From positions 3,790-67,789 of IMG/VR virus record IMGVR_UViG_3300036861_000495: a stretch of DNA of 64,000 bases; one strand, given 5' to 3'. Positions 20,901 to 28,786 of this stretch are shown here, piece after piece; the stretch's first letter is position 1; the number at the start of each line of letters is the position of its first letter. The position numbers were made by a program, and so were the translations under genes. This DNA is from a virus. The notes below the pieces were generated by a model that did not search any database, was not told the origin of the DNA, and saw only the letters and a list, made by a program, of their open reading frames with translations.

Positions 20901-23900
20901 TCTGGTGTCTCGGCCGGAGCGGCCTGTGCAGCGGCGGCCGGCTTTGCGACTTCTGCGGCCGGCGCTGGCGGCGCTTTTGGCATCTCCGGCTTTTCGGCCC
21001 ACTTCTTGGCCTCTGCGACAATAGTAAAGTTGTCAGGTGGCTTAACGCCGGCGCCCCTGAGCGCGTCTCGGAAGATGCTCAGCGCCTCCCTGGTCATACC
21101 AGCCGGAGGGCCGCCGAATGATGGCATACGGCCCTCGTACTCTGCGTCTAGAGCCTTCAGAAACGTGGCGGCGGCGTTGGCGGCATGCTCGCCACGCGGG
21201 CTACGCTTCTGTGGGGTCGATTTCGGTGTCCACGTAGGCGCCTCGGTCTTCGGAGCGGTAGCGGCCGGCGCTGTCTCGGTTGTAGGTTTCTCGGCGTCTA
21301 GGTGACGCCCCAAACTTCCGGATAACGGCCCAAGATTTTTACCAGTCCCGACGTCGTTGGCCACCATTTTATGGTCCTGAAAATCAGACCAGCCGCGCGG
21401 GCCAATTACAATATCTTGTCCGGGATGCTCCGGATGCCTATAGACGATAGAGTTGCTCGAATCTAATTCAGGCCTGGTTACAGACCGCCACCCGCGCGCT
21501 ACGGCCTCTTCGTGGGCCTGACGAGATGTATCTGACCATTTACCTCGCCTCGCCTGCAAAGATGCTTCTATAGGCTTGGCCGGCTCCTCGGCTGGCGCGA
21601 TCGGCTTCACTTCCGGCTGAGCGTGAGGCTTACCCACGAAACCGGGCAGCACGTATCCGGTCTTGGGTTCGTTCGGGATCTGTGGCGTTTTCTTGACCGG
21701 CTCGGTCATGTTGGACGGGATCTTCTCCGTCGTCCCGTCCGTCATATCTACCTTGTAGACCGGCAGTTCGGCGCCCCGCGTCGGGTGCGGCTCGATCCCG
21801 ATAACGATGACGATCTTGCCGCGGTCAGGACCGTCGGTGATCTTGACGCGGTCTCCGGACTCAGCTAGGAGTGTCTTCTGCTTCTCCGGTTTCGCTGCCG
21901 GCTCGACTAATGGTGAGCGCTTCCCGAGCGGAATATCAGTAGTCTTCCCCGACTTGGCCGAAAACTGGACCGAGTTGACTGTCGCCGATACTTCTGGTGT
22001 ATGGCCGACGTACTTATCGCCCTCCCCGGGTTTCAGGTACGCGATAGTGACGTGCGGCACGTACTCGCCGTGCTCATTTGTGTTCGGCAGAGTACCTAGT
22101 TTCTGGTGTAGCCTGGCCAGTTCCGGGCTATCGACTTTGGCGTAGAGCACGTCGTAGTCGGGCTGCTTGAATACTCCTACGCCGCCGATCTTGAGATTCA
22201 CCGGCCCCTCGCCGGCCAACTTCTCTTCGACCGCGGCCGGTTCTTCGCCGTGTAGGCCAAAACGGACGGTGACGTGCGGAGATTGTTCCCGCCCTTTCTC
22301 CGCAAGTTCGGCGTCCGGTATGGTCTTGCCATAGTCGGTAACCTTCTTCGCGATCTCTGGCGGCAGGTTTACCTGCGTGCTGGAATGCTCGAACTCGGCC
22401 TTGGGCGCCTCTTCTGGGGCGGCGGCAGCGGCCTGCTGACCTTCGGCCGGCTTGCCCTCGGGGGCAGGTTTCTCGACCGGCAGCTGCTGCTTAGGTTGTG
22501 GCTCCGCCTCACTAGGCTGGCCAGTGATCGGCGCTTCTTCTGGCGCTTCGGCCAGCGGCTTCTCTGCTGATGGTTGAACCTCAGCGGCAGTCTCGGCCGG
22601 CGGCGGTGCAGCAGCCTTGCGACGTCTAGCAAGCTCCTTATGTAGGCGCGCCACAACAGCATTGAGTGCATCCCCATCACCGCGTTCGATGGCTGGATAA
22701 CTAAGACCCAGGAACTCCTCGTTCAGCCTAGATATCTCCGCCTTCAGTTCGGCGTCACTGCCGTTTTTGATCAGTTCTTCCACTTCCGGAGATTTGGCGG
22801 CGCGCACGGCTTCCCCGGCTTTTACGCTCTGTCTGCCAGGCCGGTTCATCGCGATACCCTGCGCCGCCTTCTGCTCGGCGTCTTCCTGACTCATACCGCG
22901 TTTCACTAGAACCGAGACAGTTTTCTTAAATTCCTCCGGTTCCATGCTGAGCGCCTGCCTAATCAGCTCCTGCGTCTGAGGAGTTGGCGGCGGCTTGAAG
23001 AAATCCTCGACCTTGGTAGCCTCTGCCTGCGGCTGCTCCTTCTGCGGCTGCTCCTTTGGAGTCGGCGGACCAGTGATAGGCTCGGCTACCGGCTTACCGG
23101 CGGCGGCCAATATCTCTTCGTTACGCTTCACCTGTTCGAGGGTCGCCTGTGCCTCTGGCGAAACAGGCTGCACTTGTGCAGACGGCCTGAACTTACCAGC
23201 CGCCGGCATTGCAGGTTCTGCCGGCGCGGCCGGCTGCTTGTCTAAAGCGTCCAGATCCGCGACTGTCGGCCCGGTGGCCATCTCGGGCTTGACTGGTTCA
23301 GCCTGCCCCTCGACAAGGTCCCGGAGTGGTGTTACCTCTTCGGTTGGAGCAGTAGCAGGCGCCTCAGTCGGCGGCTGTTTTTCGCCCTTCGGTTTCGTGC
23401 CGCGTAACAGGATTGCCTGCGCGGCCTTGAACTCAGCTTCGGCCGGCGCTATCCCGCGCTTAGCAAATGAGGACACCGTCTTCTTGAAGTAATCCTCTCC
23501 TACAGCATCCCTGGCCTTGGCGATAGCGTCACGCCTGAATGCCTCTTCCTCTGTAATCCCGCGAGCCTTAGCTTCGGCCCGCACCCGGTCGCCTTCTTCA
23601 TGAAGGATCGAGTGGGCGGCGTGCATGTCGGCTTCGTCTTCGTTACCGCCGCTTTTGATAAAGTCCTCACGGATGCGATCGAACTTCTCGTCGCCGGCAC
23701 GTTGACGCGCTTCGGTTATCCACCGATCCCATAGCACTTGAGCCTCTGTGACGCCTCTGTTCTGAGCCTCGTGGTGAACTTCGTTGCCGATCTGTCGCAG
23801 GTCTCTACCGTGAAACAGAAAGTAAGCGTCCAACCCGAAGTCATAGGCTGATTCGGCCCACGCCTGATCAGTCCAAGGCGGCTTCCCGCTCTCGACCCAT

Positions 23901-25045
23901 CTCTGGGCTTTCATCAAAGCTATACCCATGCCCATACGAGCTAGGGTTCTGGGCTCGGCTAACTGTTGAGCGACCCCGGCGGCACGCTCTGCTAACGGGA
24001 CGGTCTCGCCAGCGGCTTTAGCCGTAGCTATCTTGCCTGCTCGCAGTAACCCAGCGGCGCTCTCAGGCACAGCCGCGCCCAGGGCTCCAAATATGCCTCC
24101 GGTCACAGCACCGCTAGCTGCCGCCTTCCCTAGTTCCGCTACGGCTGCACCAGGAGTCGGCTGCTCGATAGCCGTGCCGGTCTGTGCCACGGCAGACATG
24201 GTAGCCATACGACCCGCTTCATCGGCAATGAACTTGGCAATGCGAACCCCGAGAGACCCCTTCGCTAATGGCATCAACAACTTACCCACCGTAGCCGAGT
24301 AGATCGCAGCGCCTGCCTTGACAGGTGCTCCACCGATAAAGCCAACCAGGTGGCCAGCGGTGGCAGCAATCCTCTCAGCGGCGTTTTCAGGAGGAGCTGG
24401 CGTTTCCACGCCCATAGCGTGACCAACAGCGTCCATGATACCGGCCGAGCCGCTGCTGACATATCCACCCGCGGCAGCACCCGGCACACGCATGGCTCGT
24501 TCTAGCGGCGTGCGCGCTTGACCAGGTAAGCGCCCAGATAGCCCCTTGGCCTTGGCTTCCGGTGAAATTTCAGCTCCACTGGTGACAGCGTAGGGCGCCC
24601 CGACAGGATTGCCCGCCACGTCAAGTTGCTGCCGCATCATCGTAGCCGAGCCACCAGGAGCCGCGGAGATGACTGCCTCCGGTGGCTGTTCCGTCTGAGG
24701 TAGCCCCATGTGCAGACCAACCTCCCGCGCTGTCCGTGGAGTAGGTGGCGGCTGTAGCATGTTCTGCGTAAGCAGGTCCCGCAGCGGAGTGACGGCGCCG
24801 GGAGTGGCCGAAGCTGGTAGTGGTTGTGCGGTCTTGACCGGCTCAGGCCCGGGAACAGCCCCTGTCGGCTCTTCACCCGTGACCGACGGAAGTTCTTCAG
24901 CGCCGGTGACCTGGGCGGATTGCGCTTGCGCGTCGAGAGCGTCCAGATCTTCTACGGACGGACCCGCGCCGGCCGATCGCGCCCTCTTAGGCGTCAGGAG
25001 TTGCTGATCTAGCCGGTCAAGGTCCGCGACGGATGGGCCGGCCAT
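11942..25045 (-). CDS. Giant DarB-like polyvalent (probably ejected) protein: 2H phosphoesterase, KOW, N6-adenine MTase, SF2 helicase, LPD38-like C-terminus
   Basis: Two HVT motifs (~22270, ~22050); LEPSMGIG (~19710); NVPF (19517-19528); HDVGGGKT (~17580); DEAD (~17050); RILRQGN; C-terminal TPLIKGPVEATTGQSLLTGAPIVP. Confidence 0.9.
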   Translation of the reverse strand: MAGPSVADLDRLDQQLLTPKRARSAGAGPSVEDLDALDAQAQSAQVTGAEELPSVTGEEPTGAVPGPEPVKTAQPLPASATPGAVTPLRDLLTQNMLQPPPTPRTAREVGLHMGLPQTEQPPEAVISAAPGGSATMMRQQLDVAGNPVGAPYAVTSGAEISPEAKAKGLSGRLPGQARTPLERAMRVPGAAAGGYVSSGSAGIMDAVGHAMGVETPAPPENAAERIAATAGHLVGFIGGAPVKAGAAIYSATVGKLLMPLAKGSLGVRIAKFIADEAGRMATMSAVAQTGTAIEQPTPGAAVAELGKAAASGAVTGGIFGALGAAVPESAAGLLRAGKIATAKAAGETVPLAERAAGVAQQLAEPRTLARMGMGIALMKAQRWVESGKPPWTDQAWAESAYDFGLDAYFLFHGRDLRQIGNEVHHEAQNRGVTEAQVLWDRWITEARQRAGDEKFDRIREDFIKSGGNEDEADMHAAHSILHEEGDRVRAEAKARGITEEEAFRRDAIAKARDAVGEDYFKKTVSSFAKRGIAPAEAEFKAAQAILLRGTKPKGEKQPPTEAPATAPTEEVTPLRDLVEGQAEPVKPEMATGPTVADLDALDKQPAAPAEPAMPAAGKFRPSAQVQPVSPEAQATLEQVKRNEEILAAAGKPVAEPITGPPTPKEQPQKEQPQAEATKVEDFFKPPPTPQTQELIRQALSMEPEEFKKTVSVLVKRGMSQEDAEQKAAQGIAMNRPGRQSVKAGEAVRAAKSPEVEELIKNGSDAELKAEISRLNEEFLGLSYPAIERGDGDALNAVVARLHKELARRRKAAAPPPAETAAEVQPSAEKPLAEAPEEAPITGQPSEAEPQPKQQLPVEKPAPEGKPAEGQQAAAAAPEEAPKAEFEHSSTQVNLPPEIAKKVTDYGKTIPDAELAEKGREQSPHVTVRFGLHGEEPAAVEEKLAGEGPVNLKIGGVGVFKQPDYDVLYAKVDSPELARLHQKLGTLPNTNEHGEYVPHVTIAYLKPGEGDKYVGHTPEVSATVNSVQFSAKSGKTTDIPLGKRSPLVEPAAKPEKQKTLLAESGDRVKITDGPDRGKIVIVIGIEPHPTRGAELPVYKVDMTDGTTEKIPSNMTEPVKKTPQIPNEPKTGYVLPGFVGKPHAQPEVKPIAPAEEPAKPIEASLQARRGKWSDTSRQAHEEAVARGWRSVTRPELDSSNSIVYRHPEHPGQDIVIGPRGWSDFQDHKMVANDVGTGKNLGPLSGSLGRHLDAEKPTTETAPAATAPKTEAPTWTPKSTPQKRSPRGEHAANAAATFLKALDAEYEGRMPSFGGPPAGMTREALSIFRDALRGAGVKPPDNFTIVAEAKKWAEKPEMPKAPPAPAAEVAKPAAAAQAAPAETPEIPPVAEVTIPVPALMNNAGTADRFIVKYKNGKTEAWAPSGTGNGIFQKVTGGFRSESGANLRGEWYQGIDDGRIVGIEYKNAAKTQPAENKPHWDEIERIGWAMLGANMTPIRIEQVRNLIAQMENAPPRLVDLRRRLSDMIEREVAGKPAEGGGPTGATATAKPGPVSAEGEKPLEGKPSEPVQGTPEGELPGRGGGERLPERPGHVGPGTEEGASVLPGVAGGEPGVHLPAGRTGAEAEAPKPTVPAPKPDSGQPGTASHPAGRNFRITDAVAADIGTGTPRERIRGNIDAIRILKEIETAGRVATPAEQEKLVRYVGWGGLSNAFNPWNDYANSKMWRAVQAELRGLLTRDEYEAASISTQNAHYTSPTVVKAMWTALEHLGMRSGGRGLEPSMGIGHFFGLMPDSLVGTRLTGVELDPITGRIGKLLYPEAAIHVAGFETVRLPDNFYDVAFSNVPFGGAIHDPKYRRNPLILSHIHDYFFAKAVDTVRPGGVIAFISSKGTFDKRANDVRAYLSERADLLGAVRLPNTAFKGNAGTEVTTDIIFLQKRAPGQAAAGESWLNVKPLNPDEPEHKKIYVNEYFVKHPEMMLGEMTLQGSMYRSGEPTLEGPPPTQAQLEDALRRLPANSISTWQPVGEVQPTKREDQLAPEHIKDGAFTIHDGQLVSRQGSYFEPVTMQPEAASRVRGMIGIRDAARTVIRSQITDAPAAERQAARDALNKVYDAFVAQKGALNSKPNRHVFADDPDAPLLAGLEKYDEVTNVADKADIFTMDLPGLGAYKPVAHVETATEALAVSMNEMGRLDWLRMEELTGRSPQDLQTELGPEVYMDPDGNAWKPQDEYLSGNVREKLAKAEMAAANDPAFRRNVEALKSVMPPDVEPGNIGVRLGSPWVPAETVRDFIAELLEVYPYSVKLQYAEPIATWNLDLDKSVQDRVSNTTTYGTSRVWASDLIEAALNGRTITVYDTLHQALNDLQQSEEYLKATRAQQAVMETAIYPRFFDAEGNQRRSLNQDATLAAREKMEDIKARFSPWLWKDADRADLHSRIFNERHNTDVLRTVKGEHITAPGANKSILRLGDFDPHQKEAIARQLLTGNTLLAHDVGGGKTYSMIAAAMEMRRLGLAKKPVFVVPNHLAPQTADSFSALYPGSNVLLATEEDLSAGKRQRFMARVATNDWDSVIMTYTQFESLPVSDETFNKFLQKEIDDLEAAILQAHAEAKAAGGGGRRGRGKQAGPGIVKQLAKAKKNLESKLRSRANREDKDTALTFEELGIDQLFVDEADAFKNLYFTTKMGNISGLPKSESNRAFDMFIKARYTSDRNGGKRGLTFATATPISNTIAEMYTMKRFLRPDLLRQHGVEHFDAWARTFGDTITAWEVNITGSGIRQATRFARFTNWPALIKMFRSFSDVRTAAELKLERPKLKGGKETVVVVPGSLALKAYVKDLDRRSDAIKGIGYDSKGQRIRVTRPDPKDDNMLKVTSDGKKAALDMRLVQNLAGEPAQSKLRYAAERIYSQYREGADKRLTQVVFLDLSVPKKYKKGDVRRHLFNAYDDLKSKLVAKGIPEKEIKFIQSAAGPEDKQRLFDSMNSGRVRVLIGSTEKMGAGTNIQKRLIASHNLDIGWRPRDGYQRDGRILRQGNTNPTVDILHYVTEGSLDAYMRQVNEGKARFIAQGMAGGTSQWTMEDIEAAVATHAEIKALATGNPIMMEKIKVDTEVARLSRLRAAHENQQMHIGQEIRYAPGKIEAEQRNAKRLAYDFDIYKKAKAERDASGEGFSMMLQGEFFGGKGARDQADTALSKLATKQANESDRINAGFSNDVGSLLGFRVRIETDSRGSITTYLVLGENKHYAHNFTTRVLENVLSGLEGQEAASRGRVSEYEKRLTDLKKEAGKPFDKERELAATIERQQQIIDQLDLNKTDHQAADTDPDVEIKDPDAEDPDAEATDTDTTPPNDPPAGPGGKPTSKKSRQPDPLEGGGDAANDATKENQRLLQQQREAEAQVKEVTGGGFVPGGMQVTGGLKPSGAKIVTGGGAGTPPTPPPTAPPTGPEGMSPEERMRAATGRYNVRAVGSLGQILSDRIKGVVESVTGAVTHPIATVQGSATWQKFRRATVFEWDLRGMPIEQDEFRVFEAAKRHARELAEKDVRGVVEFMGLKNRSHAENIADLDHFTEIILLRNYKQILLRPERYPNGVPFGLTLPEVEARLAEIDTGQQMATVQNALDAHQRLQSGEKQDLYQREQLDPDTDLPDYFPHFVEQRTELEVGGHVEGGKATIPLPGAGKRIRNPFRHYLQRAEGSSKGITTDYIQAMFRHRYEVRFTNSVDDFAKGILDRRDKLKLLPKEVRDGLEPGDVVNMEQYGMAPGTVLYQVFQYTPGRTIYRTDAIIDGALERAIASGESFLASPGDAKRISVLGQYYRRYLIPQPLAARFENFAPAMQSDLLSLLQNSQGPWKRMTIGYWGQGGHVTNLVGDAANMGRLAIELSTDLSEIKRGEVFRLAWANILAIKDIVDWSRGTPNALVDIMSKYDVLESGMVGSQISGGPQAPQINAFRSYAAIMLEMALDRAKGVAAGAGFGFARGGTVGGIAGGVVGGTIGYERYMYKLPRAREAGLRAGMMRYQMGRLARGLPVRDGAVDLREMEHMERGAAKVARESLVDANKLTPDEKRLFRGFLMPFYSWPRGNAAAWTRFMSRLAVAPLAYLGLRLMAEAWNNSDDEKRHVEWALPPWKRQSFHFNTSFFHSDGRMHVLYLPGDPFIDWLAAIGFGNTMHNFADFLSGRKTAHIVEGHVKPVEMYLSDVIKKQLHDSLTAIPRKGISLLTPLIKGPVEATTGQSLLTGAPIVPRHLRGTDDEFWRQVRHAVETAYRPAREARLLAEEAGKHEPENLLRSRFGLGLGQIYPEPVKVKEAELGERVRIRSEAMGMNRQQALNDLRRDQKYLAAGPIEREAREQRAIIKADRWFNSAWPSMHPQAQRLIEKMRK
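20008..20439 (-). CDS. Nested same-strand +1-frame gene, TnpV-like helical protein
   Basis: HWKENRPNLYKALLKGNYLDE...AWQEASREYIYLP. Over this 70-codon core, 62/70 codons end in G/C versus 24/70 in the host frame. Confidence 0.7.
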   Translation of the reverse strand: MVPLEPQQPPNLDQLAQRVKSHWKENRPNLYKALLKGNYLDEAAANASQNALDMLDQGLKKGLPYSQAWQEASREYIYLPDAPAPRQKRPSPPSQPQSQTPVSPEQPPTQPDETSVSQTPSQPTLVPAPPGKGYAATSTLSAS

Positions 25046-25060
25046 TGGGTCTCAGTCTCC

Positions 25061-26998
25061 TCACTTTTCAGACAAACTATCTTGTACCCTTAGTTTCTGG
25101 GCAGGAGTCAGTTGCTCCCATGTCTTGCCACTGAAGAGAGTCGACACCGCCTGCGCGCGGCGCGCCATCTTATCGGCCAGGCTAAGAGTATCCCACTTTG
25201 GCGTAGGCTGTCCAGTGCTGGTCATGGGGCCACCTGTTCCGGCCGGCTCTTTGCCAGGCGCTGGCGCTGGAGCCGGTTGTTTACCTGGCGCTGGAGCCTC
25301 GACCGTGGCACCGAAATATCCCTTCCAACCCGGCGCCGGTACTAGGGTCGGTGCTGGTTTTACACCAGTAGTACCGGCCCTGACCTCTGCGATGAGTTGC
25401 TCTACGCTCTTGCTTTCCTCACCCATACCCGCTTTCTTACGCTCATCATTGTATAGCCTAATGAGCTCCAGCGCTTCCTTGGTACCTTCGCCAAACTCCT
25501 TTGAGGCTACATCATTGACGTAGCCTTGCTGTGTGCCGCGGCCTGGCGCTGGCTTTAGTTTCGCCGCGGTCCGAGCCCTCTGGAGATCCAGAAACTTCGC
25601 CTGTTGTTTTTCCTGATAAGCCGCAGAGTTTCTATCCAGGCCAGGATTTTCGGCACTCACCTGACGATCGGCCATTTCCAACAGAATGGCGTCTGGATTA
25701 TGGGCGGTCTCGGTCTGGATTCTGATGACCTCAGAAGCGAATGCCTCACCGTTCTTGTCGAGGTTCGGATCTAGACCGCGGTCGCGGAGTCGCTGGCCCG
25801 CCAGGTCCGCGGCATCCTTGGTGACCTTATGTAGACCGGTAACGCGCAGTTGCCACTCGGGAGGCTTCTTCCCCTGCTCGATCTGGTTAAGGAGCACACT
25901 TTGGACAGCGGCGCGACGCTTCGGGTCCTGGTTTAAGATGGACTCCGCCACCTTCTCTTGTGTCATCGTGGCATCCGTCCCCTCCGGGATTCCATTACTC
26001 CCCATCGCATCGACGTCGCGGCGCAGCGCTTCAAGCGTCGGGTGCGACTGCGTGCTAGTGTGCTCGGCAAGCTGCCTCATCATGATTGGCGCCGCCTGCT
26101 GGGCTAGATGGCTCTCCTTCGGATAGTTCCAGATCGCCTTGCGGTAGGCTTCCAGATTGGCCGAGGACGGGTCGTTATTGTATTTTTCCTGATGCTTAGA
26201 CACGTCCGCATACCAGTCTTGCAGGGCCTGGGCGATCTTGGGGTTATCTTGGTCCTTGGCCCATGCCTTGATCTCGCCCTGCTTGGCCTCGTATTTGTCG
26301 AACCACTTCTGGGGATCGTCGTCCAGGTCTGCTTTCGCCAGGAAGCCGGCGGCCTGAGCATGTAAGCCAGCGGAGACGTCACCGTTGTCGAAGGCTATCT
26401 GTGCGTCCTCCATGTTCTTTTTTAGACGCTTGAAGCCCTCCCGGTTCCGCTGCATCTTGTCGACCTCGGCCTCGGTCATGACGTTCTTCAGCTTGAATAG
26501 CGTCTGCCCCCTTGGACTCATGGCGAGAGCCGCGAATTCCTTGGGAGACATTACGCTCTTCAGCGATGCCATCGAGGTATACGGCGCCCCTGTTACTGCC
26601 GGCTTCCCGGCCGCGATAGATATACCGGGAGCAGTAGCAGCAGATGCGCTGGGGGCGGCAACGTAGTTGCTGGGGCCGCCTTCCATCTGAGGCTGTCCGG
26701 GCGGCGCCCATGGCTCTACGCCAGGAGTCACGCCTGGAATGTTGGCGGCGATGCTGCCCTCCGTGGCCGGCTCGTACATGGGCGTTTCCTGTGGGGCGTT
26801 CATTCCCTTTACGAAGGCGGACTCCGCATTCTGTTCCTGCGCTAGCCCCAGAGCCTCCCGTTGCGCTTGGAGACCTCGGACCAGTGATAGCTCGTCCGCC
26901 TGACGCATCTCCAGGCCGGTCTTGATCCCGGATGCGAGCCCATGCTGAGCGCCGAGTGCGGCTGCTCCGCTGACGCCTGGGTACGAGATGCCAGCCAT
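25061..26998 (-). CDS. Probable internal virion/ejection protein
   Basis: 645-aa helical protein between the nozzle and the giant protein; podoviral synteny. Confidence 0.6.
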   Translation of the reverse strand: MAGISYPGVSGAAALGAQHGLASGIKTGLEMRQADELSLVRGLQAQREALGLAQEQNAESAFVKGMNAPQETPMYEPATEGSIAANIPGVTPGVEPWAPPGQPQMEGGPSNYVAAPSASAATAPGISIAAGKPAVTGAPYTSMASLKSVMSPKEFAALAMSPRGQTLFKLKNVMTEAEVDKMQRNREGFKRLKKNMEDAQIAFDNGDVSAGLHAQAAGFLAKADLDDDPQKWFDKYEAKQGEIKAWAKDQDNPKIAQALQDWYADVSKHQEKYNNDPSSANLEAYRKAIWNYPKESHLAQQAAPIMMRQLAEHTSTQSHPTLEALRRDVDAMGSNGIPEGTDATMTQEKVAESILNQDPKRRAAVQSVLLNQIEQGKKPPEWQLRVTGLHKVTKDAADLAGQRLRDRGLDPNLDKNGEAFASEVIRIQTETAHNPDAILLEMADRQVSAENPGLDRNSAAYQEKQQAKFLDLQRARTAAKLKPAPGRGTQQGYVNDVASKEFGEGTKEALELIRLYNDERKKAGMGEESKSVEQLIAEVRAGTTGVKPAPTLVPAPGWKGYFGATVEAPAPGKQPAPAPAPGKEPAGTGGPMTSTGQPTPKWDTLSLADKMARRAQAVSTLFSGKTWEQLTPAQKLRVQDSLSEK

Positions 26999-28776
26999 TA
27001 GCTTACGCTCCCGACCAGCTTCGTGTTGTCAGTGCCAGGCGCCAAAGTGAACATGGGTCTGCTGGCGCCAATGGCGGCCCCGGCCGCACCAGTGAACAGG
27101 CCGGCGATACCTGAGGCTGTGTTGGCAGCATTCTGCCCGCCAGCCTTGAAGGCTTCCAGGGCGGCCTGGTTCTGTAGCTGGTTCGCCTGCTCGGCCGAAC
27201 GGCCGGCCTGATCGAGACCAAGTAGTTCACGCGCCGTGGGTGCAGCAGATGTCAGCGTCGTGGCCGTATTCGCCAGCGGTTGACGGCCAAAGCCGCCAGC
27301 AATACCCTGGGCTTGATTCATGCGATTAGCTTGCACATTCTCCGCGAACTGGGCCCGCTGCAACTCGTTAGGTGCGAAGTTGGCAAGCCGGCCCTGGAAT
27401 TGCGCCTCTGGCTGCGTGATATCGAACTGGCGGCGCGACTGCTGCTGACCGCCCAGCGTATTGATGACCTGCATCTTGTACTGTTCGCGACGGATCTGCT
27501 GACTCTCGCGCATCCTCTGGAGAGTCTCGATACCAACCGAGGACGTCGCGTACCCTGGACCATTAGAACGCAAGAGTTGGTTCCTCAACGCTAACTCCTC
27601 CTCCTTGAACTGCCGGTCTAGCTCAGGAGTCGGTAGATCGCCGCCAAGCACGTGTTCCAGTTGCCGCGCCATGGCGATGCGGATGGGGTCCTCGTATAGA
27701 GCGGGGGCTATGGTCTGGCCCGGCTGCGGGGCAGCGTTCAGCGTGTTCTGGGTCGCGTTGCCGAACATGAGACCACTAGCCAGAGTCGGCGCCAGATTGG
27801 CAGTCGGCCCTTGCAGGCCACGGACATCCTGGAGGGCTTGTAGCCTAGCCTCGCGCTCGCCTGGGGCCTGTTCTTGCTGGGCTAGCAGTTCTCTGCCGGC
27901 GGCACCAAGAGCAGCGTCTGAGATGGTCCGCTGGCCCGCTACAGCGTTCTGTACGTTCGAGGTCAGGTCCGCGGCTATACCACGCGGCGCGAACTGGGCT
28001 AGATTCTGGGCGCCACCTGTACCCGGAACTGTACCAGGTCCGCCGGCCAGCGAGCCTGTCAATGAAGACGGAGCACCGGCTGGGGCATTCAAAGCGCCCG
28101 CTAGTACTCCAGTGCCAATCTGCTGAGCAGGCGACTGAACAGGTGTCGGCGTCTGAAGTTTCGGCGGTGTCGGGGCGAACAGTTGGCCGGCCAGCATCCC
28201 GACGGCGCCGAGACCGAGGGACACCATGGCCATCTTGCCGCCCGGATCGGCCCAGACCTTACCCAGAACTCCAAGCGCTTTGTCGATCACGCTGTCACCG
28301 GAGCCGGGCGTTACCGGCTTGCCAGCCTTGTCTGCTCCAGCGGCGGCGGTATAGACCAGTTTGCCGTCGGCACTTATCCCGATCCTGTCTGAGGCGGCGT
28401 CCAGGTCATCCCGGTCATTCTGGCCCATTGATTGGATCTGCTGCTGGAATGCCGTCTGAGCCGCCTGCTGTGTCATTTGCGGCGGCTGGGCACCAGTCGC
28501 GAGACCTGCGTTCGGATTAAGGCCGAATTCTCCGCCCATGCTAGGCGCCGGTATGTTTAGGTTGGCATTCGGATTGAGACCAAACTCGCCGGTATCTTGG
28601 GCGCCGGCAGTCGGTTCGGGAGTGCCCACCATGGTGCCGGTATTAAAGTCCTGGGGATTCGGTTGATTCAGGTCTATCGGGACGTTCTGCTGCTGCCATT
28701 CCCAGGAGGGAACCCCAAGGTCGAACGTGTTCCCGTCCTGCGTGATGGTGCTGTCGAGCCAGCTAAAGTCGGCCAT
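26998..28776 (-). CDS. Probable ejection/pilot protein (start revised to ATG 28776)
   Basis: Gln/Ala/Gly-rich with hydrophobic GLGAVGMLAG and C-terminal GLFTGAAGAAIG segments. Confidence 0.6.
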   Translation of the reverse strand: MADFSWLDSTITQDGNTFDLGVPSWEWQQQNVPIDLNQPNPQDFNTGTMVGTPEPTAGAQDTGEFGLNPNANLNIPAPSMGGEFGLNPNAGLATGAQPPQMTQQAAQTAFQQQIQSMGQNDRDDLDAASDRIGISADGKLVYTAAAGADKAGKPVTPGSGDSVIDKALGVLGKVWADPGGKMAMVSLGLGAVGMLAGQLFAPTPPKLQTPTPVQSPAQQIGTGVLAGALNAPAGAPSSLTGSLAGGPGTVPGTGGAQNLAQFAPRGIAADLTSNVQNAVAGQRTISDAALGAAGRELLAQQEQAPGEREARLQALQDVRGLQGPTANLAPTLASGLMFGNATQNTLNAAPQPGQTIAPALYEDPIRIAMARQLEHVLGGDLPTPELDRQFKEEELALRNQLLRSNGPGYATSSVGIETLQRMRESQQIRREQYKMQVINTLGGQQQSRRQFDITQPEAQFQGRLANFAPNELQRAQFAENVQANRMNQAQGIAGGFGRQPLANTATTLTSAAPTARELLGLDQAGRSAEQANQLQNQAALEAFKAGGQNAANTASGIAGLFTGAAGAAIGASRPMFTLAPGTDNTKLVGSVS

Positions 28777-28786
28777 CCCGTTCCCC

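Noticed and set aside
12118-24876. Other same-strand alternative-frame ORFs in the giant gene (e.g. 22369-22680, 15769-16110, 23500-23700)
   Set aside because: They are Arg/Ser/Pro-rich off-frame translations with no protein-like pattern, unlike 20008-20439.
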